Counted from the stretch's first letter, positions 9,079 to 19,045 are shown. The stretch is 64,000 bases of DNA from Desulfosudaceae bacterium (GCA_963674745.2 CAXXDV010000003.1:896001-960000), one strand, 5' to 3'. The notes: generated by a model from the sequence alone, not told the origin. A program made the numbers and translations.

Positions 9079-10617
9079 CTACACCAGGTCGTCGGTCATG
9101 ACCGGGTGGCGTTTCAAGTATTCCAGCCGGTTGAGACCGTTGATAAAGGCCTTGGCGCTGGCGGTGATGATGTCCGGATCGGCGCCGCGCCCGAGGGCCA
9201 CCAGCCCGTCTTCTTTCAGCCTCACGGTTACTTCACCCTGGGCGTCGGTGCCGCCGGACAGGGCGGAAATGGTAAACCGCATCAGTTCGCAGGTGGTTTT
9301 GGACAGTTCGGTGATGGTCATGAAAGCCGCGTCAATGGGGCCGTTGCCGTAGTTGGCGCCTTTGACCGAGCGGCCGTTGATGCTCATCTGGACACTGGCC
9401 ATGGGAAAGACCGTGGTGCCGCTGATAATATGAAGGTATTCCAGCTCGAAGACGTTGACGGTCTGCATGAGGTTTTCCGAAACCAGGATTTCCAGATCTT
9501 CGTCCACGATACTCTTTTTCTTGTCGCACAGGTCTTTGAACTTGCCGAAGATAAGATCGATTTCCGGTTTGGACAGGTTGTAGCCGATGGCCTTGAGCCG
9601 GTCCCTCAGGGCGCTTCTGCCCGAATGCTTGCCCAGCACCAGGGAACTGCTGGCCACCCCCACGGTTTCCGGACGCATGATTTCATAGGTCATGGGATTT
9701 TTCAGCATGCCGTCCTGGTGGATGCCGGCTTCATGGGAAAATGCGTTGGCCCCGACAATGGCCTTGTTGGGCTGGACGATCATCCCCGTCAGCATGCTGA
9801 CCAGCCGGCTGGTGGGGTAAATCTTTGTGGCGTCGATGTTGGTCGTCAGGGGCAGGCGGTTATTTCTGGTCTTGAGCGCCATGACCACTTCTTCCAGAGA
9901 GGTGTTGCCGGCCCGTTCGCCGATGCCGTTGATGGTGACTTCGCATTGGCGGGCGCCGGCTGCCAGGGCGGCCAGGGTATTGGCCGTGGCCAGGCCCAGG
10001 TCGTTATGGCAATGGACGCTGATAACGGCCTTGTGAATATTGGGCGTATGTTCCTTGATGTATTTGATCAAATCCGCGAATTCGTCCGGTATGGCGTAAC
10101 CCACTGTATCTGGAATGTTGATGGTCGTGGCCCCGGCTTCAATAGTCGCCTCGACGATTTTGCACAGAAAATCACGGTCACTGCGCGAGGCGTCTTCTGC
10201 TGAAAATTCCACGCTGTCTGTGAATGACTTGGCATACTTGACACCGGCCACGGCACTGGCGATGACCTGTTCTCTGGGCAACCGCAGCTTGTACTGCATG
10301 TGGATGTCCGAGGTGGCGATAAATACATGGAGACGGGGCTTTTTGGCGTTGGATACGGCCGCCCAGGCCTTGTCGATGTCTTCCTTGTTGGTCCGGGCCA
10401 GGCCGGCGATTTCGGGCAGGGTCAGTTTCTGCGCCACCGCGGAAACCGCTTCCAGGTCGCCTTTGGATGCCGCCGGAAAGCCGGCTTCGATGATATCCAC
10501 ACCGAGCTCTTCCAGGCGGGAAGCGATCCGAAGTTTTTCATTGACGTTCATGCTTGCTCCGGGAGACTGCTCACCGTCCCGTAGCGTGGTGTCAAATAAG
10601 TAAACCCTGTCAGACAT
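9079..10617 (-). CDS. leuA: 2-isopropylmalate synthase
   Basis: DTTLRDGEQSPG, HCHNDLGLA, GERAGN, HQDG, C-terminal regulatory domain (GNGPIDA). Confidence 0.95.
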   Translation of the reverse strand: MSDRVYLFDTTLRDGEQSPGASMNVNEKLRIASRLEELGVDIIEAGFPAASKGDLEAVSAVAQKLTLPEIAGLARTNKEDIDKAWAAVSNAKKPRLHVFIATSDIHMQYKLRLPREQVIASAVAGVKYAKSFTDSVEFSAEDASRSDRDFLCKIVEATIEAGATTINIPDTVGYAIPDEFADLIKYIKEHTPNIHKAVISVHCHNDLGLATANTLAALAAGARQCEVTINGIGERAGNTSLEEVVMALKTRNNRLPLTTNIDATKIYPTSRLVSMLTGMIVQPNKAIVGANAFSHEAGIHQDGMLKNPMTYEIMRPETVGVASSSLVLGKHSGRSALRDRLKAIGYNLSKPEIDLIFGKFKDLCDKKKSIVDEDLEILVSENLMQTVNVFELEYLHIISGTTVFPMASVQMSINGRSVKGANYGNGPIDAAFMTITELSKTTCELMRFTISALSGGTDAQGEVTVRLKEDGLVALGRGADPDIITASAKAFINGLNRLEYLKRHPVMTDDLV

Positions 10618-10632
10618 TGTCGCCGCTCCTGT

Positions 10633-12243
10633 CTACTTTTTATTTTTGCTGGACAGTTCCTTGGCCAGCTTATATTGACAGCTGTCGGCCAGGGCCTGCC
10701 AGCTGGCTTCAATAATATCCTCGGAAACACCGATGGTGCTCCATACTTCATCTTCATCCCGGGAGTCGATCAGCACCCGGACCTTGGCGGATGTGCCGTC
10801 ACGCCCGTCAAGCACACGGACTTTGAAATCCACCAGGTGCATGGCCTCAAGTCCGAGCGAATCCGGATAAAAATCGGCAATGGCCTTGCGGATGGCATTG
10901 TCCAGCGCGCTGACCGGCCCGTCCCCTTCGGCGGCGGTAATGGTTTCCGAACCGCCAACCGCGATTTTGATCATGGCCTGCGAGGCGCAGGGCTGATCCT
11001 GGTTCTTTTCAATAATCACCCGGAAGGATTTTAATTCGAACAATGGCTGGAAATGGCCGGTTATTTTTTCCATTAAAATTTTAAATGATCCGTCCGCGGC
11101 TTCAAACTGGTAGCCGTCTTCTTCCAGCAGCTTGATTTCCGAGACGATCCGGCCGGTGTCCGCGCCCAGGGTGTCAACATCCACGCCCATTTCTTTGGCC
11201 TTGTAAAGGATATTGCTCTTTCCGGCCAGGTCGGAAACCAACACCCGGCGATTGCTGCCCACCAGTTCCGGATCGATGTGCTCGTAAGCAATCGGATTTT
11301 TCATGATGGCGCTGACGTGCAAGCCGCCTTTGTGGCAGAAAGCGCTCTTGCCAACAAACGGCCTGCTGGAAAGGGGGGTGATGTTGGCGGTCTCACTGAC
11401 AAACCGGGAAACCTTTTTCAGCTTTTTCAGATTTTCGTCGGACATGCACGAATAACCCATTTTCAGGCACAGGATGGGGATAATGGAGATCAGGTCGGCG
11501 TTACCGCAGCGTTCCCCGTAGCCATTGATGGTCCCCTGCACCATGTCGGCGCCGCCCCTGATACCGGCCAGGGAATTGGCCACGGCCAGCCCGCAGTCGT
11601 TATGGGTGTGGATGCCGATCCGGATTGATTCACCTTTCCCTGCCGCCTGCATGGCTTCATAAACCGCCCGGGTGGCCTGCTCGATGTCCTCGGGCAGGGA
11701 ACCGCCGTTGGTATCACACAACACCAGGGCGTCGGCACCCGCATCGGCCGCGGTTGCCAGGGTTTTCAAGGCATATTCCGGGTTCCGCGTGTAACCGTCA
11801 AAGAAATGCTCGGCGTCAAAAAACACTTCCAGTTCGTGCTTTTTCAGGTAGATCACGGTATCATGAATCATGGCCAGGTTTTCTTCCAGCGAGTTGCTCA
11901 TGATTTCCGTGACGTGCAGATCCCATGTTTTACCGACAATGGCCACGGCCGGGGCACCGCTTTCAATCAGGAGCTTGACGCTCTGATCCTGCTCAACGGG
12001 CACCCCGCTTTTACGGGTGGCCCCGAAAGCGGTCAGGCGGGCGTTCTTGAAATCAATCTCCCGGGCGAGTTGAAAAAACCGCAGGTCCTTGGGGTTGGAC
12101 CCCGGCCAGCCGCCTTCAATATAATGGATGCCGAAATCATCAAACACCCGGGCGATTCTGATTTTATCCTCGGCGGAGAAATTGATATTTTCTCCCTGCA
12201 TGCCGTCCCGAAGGGTGGTGTCGTAGATGAGGATCTGTCTCAT
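10633..12243 (-). CDS. cimA: Citramalate synthase
   Basis: DTTLRDGMQGE, IEGGWPGSNPKD, DAEHFFDG, HKGGLH, DFKVR motifs of bacterial CimA. Confidence 0.9.
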   Translation of the reverse strand: MRQILIYDTTLRDGMQGENINFSAEDKIRIARVFDDFGIHYIEGGWPGSNPKDLRFFQLAREIDFKNARLTAFGATRKSGVPVEQDQSVKLLIESGAPAVAIVGKTWDLHVTEIMSNSLEENLAMIHDTVIYLKKHELEVFFDAEHFFDGYTRNPEYALKTLATAADAGADALVLCDTNGGSLPEDIEQATRAVYEAMQAAGKGESIRIGIHTHNDCGLAVANSLAGIRGGADMVQGTINGYGERCGNADLISIIPILCLKMGYSCMSDENLKKLKKVSRFVSETANITPLSSRPFVGKSAFCHKGGLHVSAIMKNPIAYEHIDPELVGSNRRVLVSDLAGKSNILYKAKEMGVDVDTLGADTGRIVSEIKLLEEDGYQFEAADGSFKILMEKITGHFQPLFELKSFRVIIEKNQDQPCASQAMIKIAVGGSETITAAEGDGPVSALDNAIRKAIADFYPDSLGLEAMHLVDFKVRVLDGRDGTSAKVRVLIDSRDEDEVWSTIGVSEDIIEASWQALADSCQYKLAKELSSKNKK

Positions 12244-12314
12244 GGCGTTAACCCTTGATGGCTTCGTAAAAAGCTCATTTTTTCATTACCCCGTCAAGTC
12301 GGTTACACTTTGGC

Positions 12315-12402
12315 GGGTGCCACGGGCAAACCGAAGGTTGCCCGTGAGTAGTTGAATCGCTACAGGGAACACGGGCAAGCTGTCGCTTCGCCCGTGGCAC
12401 CC
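12315..12402. repeat. Inverted REP doublet (GGGTGCCACGGGCAA...TTGCCCGTG variant)
   Basis: GGGTGCCACGGGCAAACCGAAGGTTGCCCGTG 12315-12346 and inverted CACGGGCAAGCTGTCGCTTCGCCCGTGGCACCC 12370-12402. Confidence 0.75.
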
Positions 12403-12472
12403 AATTAATGACTTGTTTATTCAGCTTCCTCTCTTTATCCGAAGTCCAGAAAAAATAGAAAATATCAATTTT

Positions 12473-12525
12473 ATACTGGATTCCGGCTCACCTTCCGCTT
12501 CGCTCCACTGGCTGGAATGACGAAG
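12473..12525. repeat. 53-bp palindromic intergenic repeat, copy 2 (inverted)
   Basis: Reverse complement CTTCGTCATTCCAGCCAGTGGAGCGAAGCGGAAGGTGAGCCGGAATCCAGTAT aligns without gaps to 1407-1459. Confidence 0.8.
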
Positions 12526-12536
12526 ATGAGACGCCT

Positions 12537-13589
12537 TTATTTGTTCCGGTTTTCCGGGCGCAAGGCACGGACCTCGGCGCCTGCCTTCCACATTTCAGAA
12601 TTCTTGATGGCGTCCAGTTCTTCGGTCAGTTTTTCCTTGTAGTCGGCCGCGCTGTTGGCCTGCAGGACCCGTTCGGTTTCCTTGCCGTTTCTGACCCGGG
12701 TGTACAGGTCTTCAAAAACCGGTGCCACGGCATCCCTGAACTTCGGGGCCCAGTCCAGGGCGCCTCTCTGGGCGGTGGCGCTGCAGTTGGCGAACATCCA
12801 GTCCATGCCGTTTTCAGCTACCAGGCGGATCAGGCTCTGGGTCAGTTCTTCCACGGTTTCGTTAAAGGCTTCACTCGGAGAGTGACCGTTCTTTCTTAAT
12901 ATGTTGTACTGTGCTTCCATGGTGCCGGCCAGGCAGCCCATGAGCACGCCCCGTTCGCCGGTCAGGTCGCTGTAGACTTCATGCTCGAAAGTGGTCGGGA
13001 ACAGGTACCCGGAGCCGATGGCGATACCCAGGGCGATGGTCCGTTCTTCGGCCCGGCCGGTGAAGTCCTGGAATACCGCGTAGCTCGAGTTAATGCCGCT
13101 GCCGTCCAGGAAATTGCGGCGCACGTTGGTTCCGGAACCCTTGGGGGCGACCAGGATGACGTCAACGTTCTCCGGGGGAATAACACCGGTCTGTTCTTTG
13201 TAAACAATGGAAAAGCCGTGGGAAAAATAAACGGCATCACCTTCGTTCAGGCATTCCATGATTTTAGGCCAGACCGCCACCTGTCCGGCGTCGGACAACA
13301 GCATTTTAATGATGGTACCTTTTTTGGCTGCTTCTTCAATGGGGAAAAGCGTTTTACCCGGCTCAAACCCGTCACGAATGGCTTTTTCCCAGTATTCATC
13401 GCCTTCCATCTGGCCGATAATAACGTCAAACCCGTTGTCTTTCAGGTTCAAGGCCTGGGCCGGTCCCTGGACACCGTATCCCAGAACGACGATGGTTTCG
13501 TCTTTGAGCACTTCCCGTGCTTTTTCCAGTGTAAATTCGTCTGCTGTGACAACGTTTTCCTCGACCCCTCCAAAATTGATTTTCGGCAT
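12537..13589 (-). CDS. ilvC: Ketol-acid reductoisomerase (Bacteroidetes/fungal Ilv5-like subtype)
   Basis: GYGVQG, LLSDAGQ, SHGFS, APKGSG, SDLTGERGVL, CSATAQRGA; start moved to MPKINFGG at 13589 behind an AAGGAGAAGG RBS. Confidence 0.93.
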   Translation of the reverse strand: MPKINFGGVEENVVTADEFTLEKAREVLKDETIVVLGYGVQGPAQALNLKDNGFDVIIGQMEGDEYWEKAIRDGFEPGKTLFPIEEAAKKGTIIKMLLSDAGQVAVWPKIMECLNEGDAVYFSHGFSIVYKEQTGVIPPENVDVILVAPKGSGTNVRRNFLDGSGINSSYAVFQDFTGRAEERTIALGIAIGSGYLFPTTFEHEVYSDLTGERGVLMGCLAGTMEAQYNILRKNGHSPSEAFNETVEELTQSLIRLVAENGMDWMFANCSATAQRGALDWAPKFRDAVAPVFEDLYTRVRNGKETERVLQANSAADYKEKLTEELDAIKNSEMWKAGAEVRALRPENRNK

Positions 13590-13636
13590 GTCCTTCTCCT
13601 TTATTGAATTAATTGATTCAGTATTATACATCGGGC

Positions 13637-14131
13637 TCAGCCCGATTTCACGTCCCGTTGCAGGGCGATGGCGCCGGTGCGGGCGATCTCCTTGATCCCG
13701 ATGGGTTGCAGCATGGTGATTATGGCTGACAGTTTTTCTTCATTACCGGTAACTTCAATGCTGTAATGATCCTGGCTGACATCCACCACTTTGGCCCTAA
13801 AAATATCGACGATTCTCAGTATCTCCGCCCTGGAGTCCGGCTTGGCCCTGACCTTGATTAATATCAGTTCGCGCTGCACATAAGACGTTCCGGTCAGGTT
13901 GTAAACCTTGATCACATTGATGAGCTTGTTCAATTGTTTTTTGATCTGTTCCAGGATGGCATCGTCACCCACGGTCACCATGGTCAGCCTGGAGACGTTG
14001 GCTTCATTGGTGGCTGCCACGCATAAGCTTTCGATATTGTATCCACGGCCGCTGAACAGTCCGGCTATCCGGGACAGCACGCCCGGCTGGTTATCGACCA
14101 GAATGGATAGTATATGTCTTTTATCTTCCAT
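13637..14131 (-). CDS. ilvN: Acetolactate synthase small subunit
   Basis: NQPGVLSRIAGLFSGRGYNIESL ACT domain, QLNKLINV, EIARTG. Confidence 0.95.
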   Translation of the reverse strand: MEDKRHILSILVDNQPGVLSRIAGLFSGRGYNIESLCVAATNEANVSRLTMVTVGDDAILEQIKKQLNKLINVIKVYNLTGTSYVQRELILIKVRAKPDSRAEILRIVDIFRAKVVDVSQDHYSIEVTGNEEKLSAIITMLQPIGIKEIARTGAIALQRDVKSG

Positions 14132-14145
14132 TGCCTTGTCCTTTT

Positions 14146-15840
14146 TCAGACTAAAATCATGTTGGTTATGGGTGCGCCGGCCGGTACCATGGGGTAGACG
14201 TTCTCTTCACGTTCCACTACAAAATCGATCATAACGGTTTTGGGTGTGGCCAGGGCCTCTTTGATGACCTTCTCGACTTCTTCCGGTTTTGTGGCGCGCA
14301 GGCCGACGGCGCCGTAAGCTTCGGCCAGTTTAACAAAGTCCGGGGCGGCATCCATGGTGGTGCTGGAATAGCGTTTGTCATAAAACAACTCCTGCCACTG
14401 CCGGACCATACCCAGGTATCCATTGTTGAGAATGGCGATTTTGACCGGCAGGTTGTGGCTGACGGCGGTCATCATTTCCTGGATGTTCATCTGGATACTG
14501 CCGTCGCCGGCAACATTGATAACGGTCTTGTCCGGATAGGCGACCTGCGCGCCGATGGCGGCCGGCAGGCCGAAACCCATGGTGCCCAGCCCCCCGGAGG
14601 TGACAAATCGCCGGGGCTTGTCAAAATGATAGTACTGGGCGGCCCACATCTGGTTCTGTCCGACTTCGGTGGTGATAATGGCTTCACCCCTGGTCAGTTC
14701 ATACAGTTTCTCCACCACAAACTGGGGTTTGATCGTCTCTTTCTGATCATAGGCCAGGGGATTGGTGTCTTTCCAGTCTTTGATCTGTTTGAGCCATTTG
14801 TCCCTGTTTTGAATGGCCTTGTCGTCCAGCAGTTTATTTTGCCCGGCGGCCAGTTTGTTCAGGTGCTTAAGCGTTGTTTTGCAGTCACCCACGACCGGTA
14901 CGGAAACGGCCACGTTTTTATGGATCGAAGTGGGGTCTATATCAATATGAACGATGGTGGCCTTGTCGGCAAACTCATCGGTTTTACCCGTCACCCGGTC
15001 GTCAAAGCGGACGCCGATGCCGATCAGCAGGTCGGCGTTGGAAACGGCCATGTTGGCGCGATAGGTGCCGTGCATGCCCAGCATGCCCATCCACAGGTCA
15101 TCCGTGGCCGGGAACGAGCCCAGCCCCATGAGCGACCCGGCCACCGGCACCCGGCAGGTTCTGGCAAAGCGGGTCAATTCTTCGGCGCCGTCAGACAGGA
15201 TGACGCCTCCGCCGGTGAAAATCACCGGCCGTTTGGCGTTCTTAACCAGGTCGATCACCTTGTGAAGCTGTTTGATATTAGGCTCGTAGGTCGGGTTGTA
15301 GGACTTCAGCTTGACCTCTTTGGGTTTGCTGTAATCGGCTTTGGCATTGATGACGTCTTTGGGAATGTCTATCAACACCGGTCCGGGACGCCCGGAACCC
15401 GCGATGTAATAAGCTTCGTAGATAATTCGCGCCAGATCGTTTATATCCTTGACCAGGTAATTGTGCTTGGTGCAGGGCCGGGAAATGCCGACAATATCCA
15501 CTTCCTGAAAGGCGTCGTTACCGATCAGCGGTGTCGGTACCTGGCCGGTGAAGATAACCACCGGGATCGAGTCCATGTAAGCGGTGGCAATGCCGGTGAC
15601 GGTGTTGGTGGCACCCGGACCGGAAGTCACCAGGCAGGTGCCGACCTTGCCGGTGACCCGGGCATAGGCGTCGGCCGCGTGCACCGCGCCCTGTTCCTGA
15701 CGGACCAGGATATGTTTGAAATCGGTGTTTAACAGTTCGTTATAAATGTCCAGAACCGCGCCTCCGGGATAGCCGAAGATGGTGTCCACACCCTGGTCTT
15801 TGAGCGCTTTCATTAATATTTGCGCGCCGGTTAATTTCAT
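14146..15840 (-). CDS. ilvB: Acetolactate synthase large subunit
   Basis: FGYPGG, TSGPGATN, GMLGMHG, VGQNQMW, GDGSIQMN...NNGYLGMVRQWQ. Confidence 0.95.
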   Translation of the reverse strand: MKLTGAQILMKALKDQGVDTIFGYPGGAVLDIYNELLNTDFKHILVRQEQGAVHAADAYARVTGKVGTCLVTSGPGATNTVTGIATAYMDSIPVVIFTGQVPTPLIGNDAFQEVDIVGISRPCTKHNYLVKDINDLARIIYEAYYIAGSGRPGPVLIDIPKDVINAKADYSKPKEVKLKSYNPTYEPNIKQLHKVIDLVKNAKRPVIFTGGGVILSDGAEELTRFARTCRVPVAGSLMGLGSFPATDDLWMGMLGMHGTYRANMAVSNADLLIGIGVRFDDRVTGKTDEFADKATIVHIDIDPTSIHKNVAVSVPVVGDCKTTLKHLNKLAAGQNKLLDDKAIQNRDKWLKQIKDWKDTNPLAYDQKETIKPQFVVEKLYELTRGEAIITTEVGQNQMWAAQYYHFDKPRRFVTSGGLGTMGFGLPAAIGAQVAYPDKTVINVAGDGSIQMNIQEMMTAVSHNLPVKIAILNNGYLGMVRQWQELFYDKRYSSTTMDAAPDFVKLAEAYGAVGLRATKPEEVEKVIKEALATPKTVMIDFVVEREENVYPMVPAGAPITNMILV

Positions 15841-15854
15841 GTCAATTTCCTTTT

Positions 15855-17525
15855 TTATTCCTTAAACACGGCCCCGGTATTGGCCGATGACACCATTTGG
15901 GCGTATCGTGCCATATAGCCGCGGGTGATTTTCGGGGCCGGTTTTTTCCATTTTGAAAATCGTTTTTTGATTTCCGCCCTGGTGACCTTCAACGTTATTT
16001 TTTTGGCGGGAATGTCGATGGCAATGCGGTCCCCGGTTTTAACGATGGCAATGATACCTTTTTCCATGGCTTCAGGTGAAACATGGCCGATGGCCGCGCC
16101 CCGGGTGCCGCCGGAAAAACGACCGTCCGTGATCAGGGCCACATGTTCGTCCAGTCCCATGCCGGCCAGGGCCGACGTCGGGGTCAGCATTTCCCGCATG
16201 CCGGGCCCGCCTTTTGGACCTTCATAACGAATAACGATGACGTCGCCTCGTTTTATTTTGCCGTTCATGATGGCATTGCTGGCCTCTTCCTCGGAGTTAA
16301 ATACCCGGGCCGGACCTTCATGTTTCATCATGGCCGGTACCACCGCCGACTGCTTGACCACACATCCGTCAGGTGCCAGGTTGCCGAACAGGACAGCCAG
16401 GCCGCCCTGGGCGTGGTGGGGGTTTTTTAGCGGTCGGATGATATCTTTGTCCGCGCCCTTGGAGCCGGTGATATTCTGTCCAACGGTTTTACCGGTGACC
16501 GTCAGGCATTTTTTGTCAATCAGTTTGGCTTTGGATAGTTCCTTTAAGATAGCAGGGATGCCACCGGCACGGTTCAGATCTTCAATATGATTCGGTCCGG
16601 CCGGGCTCAGGGAGCACAGGTGCGGCACACGGGCACTGATTTCATTAATCAGATCCAGGCTGATGGGAACGCCTGCTTCATGGGCCAGGGCCGTCAGGTG
16701 AAGGACGGTGTTGGTCGAACAGCCCAGGGCCATGTCCACGGCCAGGGCGTTGCGAAAAGCGCTTTCCGTCAGGATTTTATCCGGCGTAATTTTTTTCTTG
16801 ATCAGTTCCAGGATCTGCATGCCGGCCTGCTTGGCCAGGCGCAGACGCTCGGCCATGACGGCCGGAATGGTACCGTTGCCGGGCAGCCCCAGGCCGATGG
16901 CCTCGGTCAGGCAGTTCATGGAGTTGGCCGTAAACATGCCGGAACAGGAACCGCAGGTGGGGCAGGCCGCGTTTTCGATCAGGGCCAGTTCCTTTTCGTC
17001 CATTTTGCCTGAACGAACGGCGCCGACCGCCTCAAAGACGGTGATCAGGTCGACCTTGCGTTCCGGGTGCTGGGGGTGCCTTCCGGCCAGCATGGGACCG
17101 CCGCTGATAAAGATGGTCGGAATATTCAAGCGCGCGGCCGCCATCAGCATGCCGGGAATAATTTTGTCGCAGTTGGGGATCATTACCAGTGCGTCAAAGG
17201 CGTGGGCGGTGGCCATGATTTCCACGGAGTCGGCAATCAGTTCCCGACTGCCCAGGGAGTATTTCATGCCGGTATGGTTCATGGCAATACCGTCGCAGAC
17301 ACCGATGGTGCAGAACTCCACCGGCGTGCCGCCGGCCATATAGACGCCGGCTTTGACCGCTCCGGCGATTTTATCCAGATCAGCGTGACCCGGCACCACC
17401 TCGTTGGCGGAATTGGCGATGCCGATGATCGGGCGGTTGATCTCCTGGTCGGTATAACCCATGGACTTGAAGAGTGCCCGGTGGGGGGCTCTGGCGATTC
17501 CCTTTTTGAACGCGTCACTTTTCAT
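15855..17525 (-). CDS. ilvD: Dihydroxy-acid dehydratase
   Basis: [50 protein letters not shown]. Confidence 0.96.
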   Translation of the reverse strand: MKSDAFKKGIARAPHRALFKSMGYTDQEINRPIIGIANSANEVVPGHADLDKIAGAVKAGVYMAGGTPVEFCTIGVCDGIAMNHTGMKYSLGSRELIADSVEIMATAHAFDALVMIPNCDKIIPGMLMAAARLNIPTIFISGGPMLAGRHPQHPERKVDLITVFEAVGAVRSGKMDEKELALIENAACPTCGSCSGMFTANSMNCLTEAIGLGLPGNGTIPAVMAERLRLAKQAGMQILELIKKKITPDKILTESAFRNALAVDMALGCSTNTVLHLTALAHEAGVPISLDLINEISARVPHLCSLSPAGPNHIEDLNRAGGIPAILKELSKAKLIDKKCLTVTGKTVGQNITGSKGADKDIIRPLKNPHHAQGGLAVLFGNLAPDGCVVKQSAVVPAMMKHEGPARVFNSEEEASNAIMNGKIKRGDVIVIRYEGPKGGPGMREMLTPTSALAGMGLDEHVALITDGRFSGGTRGAAIGHVSPEAMEKGIIAIVKTGDRIAIDIPAKKITLKVTRAEIKKRFSKWKKPAPKITRGYMARYAQMVSSANTGAVFKE

Positions 17526-17541
17526 GATGCCTCCTCCTTGT

Positions 17542-17581
17542 AAAAAAAAACCGTTATCAGATTGGCTGATAACGGTTTTTT
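17542..17581 (-). terminator. Attenuator terminator upstream of ilvD
   Basis: Minus strand CCGTTATCAG-CCAAT-CTGATAACGG followed by T9. Confidence 0.88.
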
Positions 17582-17609
17582 AAAAAATATTGGGTTTTTC
17601 AAGCCATTA

Positions 17610-17699
17610 TCAGCCCATATGTCCGTCGCGGACCAGTACGACCGCGACTAGACGAATAAGTCGAATCGATAAGCTGATAATTACTTGATTGTTCATCAT
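17610..17699 (-). CDS. ilvL: ilv operon leader peptide (29 aa)
   Basis: MMNNQVIISLSIRLIRLVAVVLVRDGHMG*, 13 of 29 residues Ile/Leu/Val; AAGGA RBS; 3' end GGCTGATAATGG complementary to the terminator 5' arm. Confidence 0.85.
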   Translation of the reverse strand: MMNNQVIISLSIRLIRLVAVVLVRDGHMG

Positions 17700-17726
17700 A
17701 AAATTTCCTTAATTCAAATTAAAAAT

Positions 17727-17755
17727 TCAATACAATGGAAACAGACCACTGTCAA
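17727..17755 (-). promoter_or_regulatory. Sigma70 promoter candidate for the ilv leader
   Basis: Minus strand TTGACA, 17 bp spacer, TATTGA. Confidence 0.5.
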
Positions 17756-17840
17756 GGCAATTCTGTTTAATTTTTTAAAAAAATGATGACGTTGCCTTAA
17801 GGAACCCGTCTCATAAACCTTCAACCTCCGCTCCGGGCCG

Positions 17841-17933
17841 CCACGGGGGCCTGCCCCTACACCCGTGGCATCCATGTGTAGGGGCGACCGGCGGGTCGCC
17901 CTTGGACATGGGCGACCCGCCGGTCGCCCCTAC
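17841..17933. repeat. GTAG-type REP cluster
   Basis: GTAGGGGCGACCGGCGGGTCGCCC 17878-17901, inverted GGGCGACCCGCCGGTCGCCCCTAC 17910-17933, partial CACGGGGGCCTGCCCCTAC 17842-17860. Confidence 0.8.
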
Positions 17934-17945
17934 AACATTTGCGAA

Positions 17946-17980
17946 CGAACCCCGAACCTTGAACCTTGAACCCCGAACCT
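17946..17980. repeat. Heptamer tandem repeat (YGAACCY) x5
   Basis: CGAACCC CGAACCT TGAACCT TGAACCC CGAACCT. Confidence 0.7.
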
Positions 17981-18068
17981 AAATTATACCAGTTGATCAT
18001 GTTGTGTGTTTTTTGATATGAGAGGTCATGAAAACAAGTCTGAATCTGCAGATAATGGAGAAAAAGAC

Positions 18069-19028
18069 ATGACAGACAGAACAACCGGATACTGGGGAAT
18101 GAAAGCCCCGCTTTATCTGATTAAAGACTTAAACTGAGCCCTGGCATCCCTGGAGGTCGTTCAGGATATGCTCGGGAAACCTTACGATCCCATGCTGAAG
18201 GCCTTTACCGGGCTGGAAGGCGGGCTGGTTGCCTCCGGATCGACATGCGGAGTGGTGACCGGCGGTGCGGCCGGTATCGCAATGATGAACCTGGATGTTT
18301 TATCCCGGGACGGAACTGAAGCAGAGGCCGGTGTTATGTCTATGATCAAAGACTATATGCAATGGTTTGGACGTAATTACGGCTCCTGTCTGTGCCGCCA
18401 GAGAACCGATGTTGATTTCCAACGTCCATGGGGCCAGGTGCGTTATCTGTTTCCGGGCGACAAAGTGGCTGGATGCATGTGGCATATCAGTGGTGCCGTC
18501 CGTTACCTGCACGAACTGCAACAACAGCCGTTGCCGGATTCACCCCGGTCCGTGTCCTGCGATGCCGGCCGGGTCTCCCATTGCGCCACTACCGTTCTGG
18601 CTGAAATTGAAAAAAAGACCGGTTTGGCGGATGATATTCTGAATCGGATAGCTTTTGTTTTTGACGGCGGGGTAGGGCTTTCCGGCGGCATCTGCGGCGC
18701 CCTGGTCGGCGCCATCCTGGGCATCAACCTGAAGTTTGGTATGGATATCCGGAATATTTCCTATTTGAAAAATTTTAACGGGTTTATTGCCGGGCACCTG
18801 AATCTGTTGCGGAAAAAACCACCGTCCAAAGCCGAGCCGTTTTCCGTGGGTAACAACATTGTACAACAATTTATAAATCAAGCCGGATCCGTTGAGTGTG
18901 CCACCATTACCGGTCAAACATTTTCCGATTACCCGGAATTCTGTCAATATATCGATACGGCTTCAACCTGCCGTGAATTGATGGACATGGCCGCGAAAAG
19001 CGCCGTAGCCGCTATAGAAGCGTTTTAA
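18069..19028 (+). CDS. Tandem C-GCAxxG-C-C redox family protein, predicted selenoprotein (Sec at codon 23)
   Basis: GGAG RBS, ATG 18069, in-frame TGA 18135-18137 giving LN-U-ALAS where the second domain has SH-C-ATT; SECIS-like hairpin follows; GSTCGVVTG and GGICGALVG motifs. Confidence 0.82.
18138..18172 (+). promoter_or_regulatory. Bacterial SECIS-like hairpin
   Basis: GCAU-C-CCUGGA-GGUCG-UUCAGG-AU-AUGC; G-led apical loop starts 18 nt after the UGA. Confidence 0.7.
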
Positions 19029-19045
19029 AAGAAAGACGACACTTG

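Noticed and set aside
8971..10203. 410-aa plus-strand ORF
   Set aside because: Antisense shadow of leuA with no recognisable motifs.
14455..15732. 425-aa plus-strand ORF
   Set aside because: Antisense shadow of ilvB.
18069..18167. Nonsense-mutation pseudogene
   Set aside because: The TGA falls at a conserved Cys position and is followed by a SECIS-like hairpin, so Sec recoding is the better explanation.
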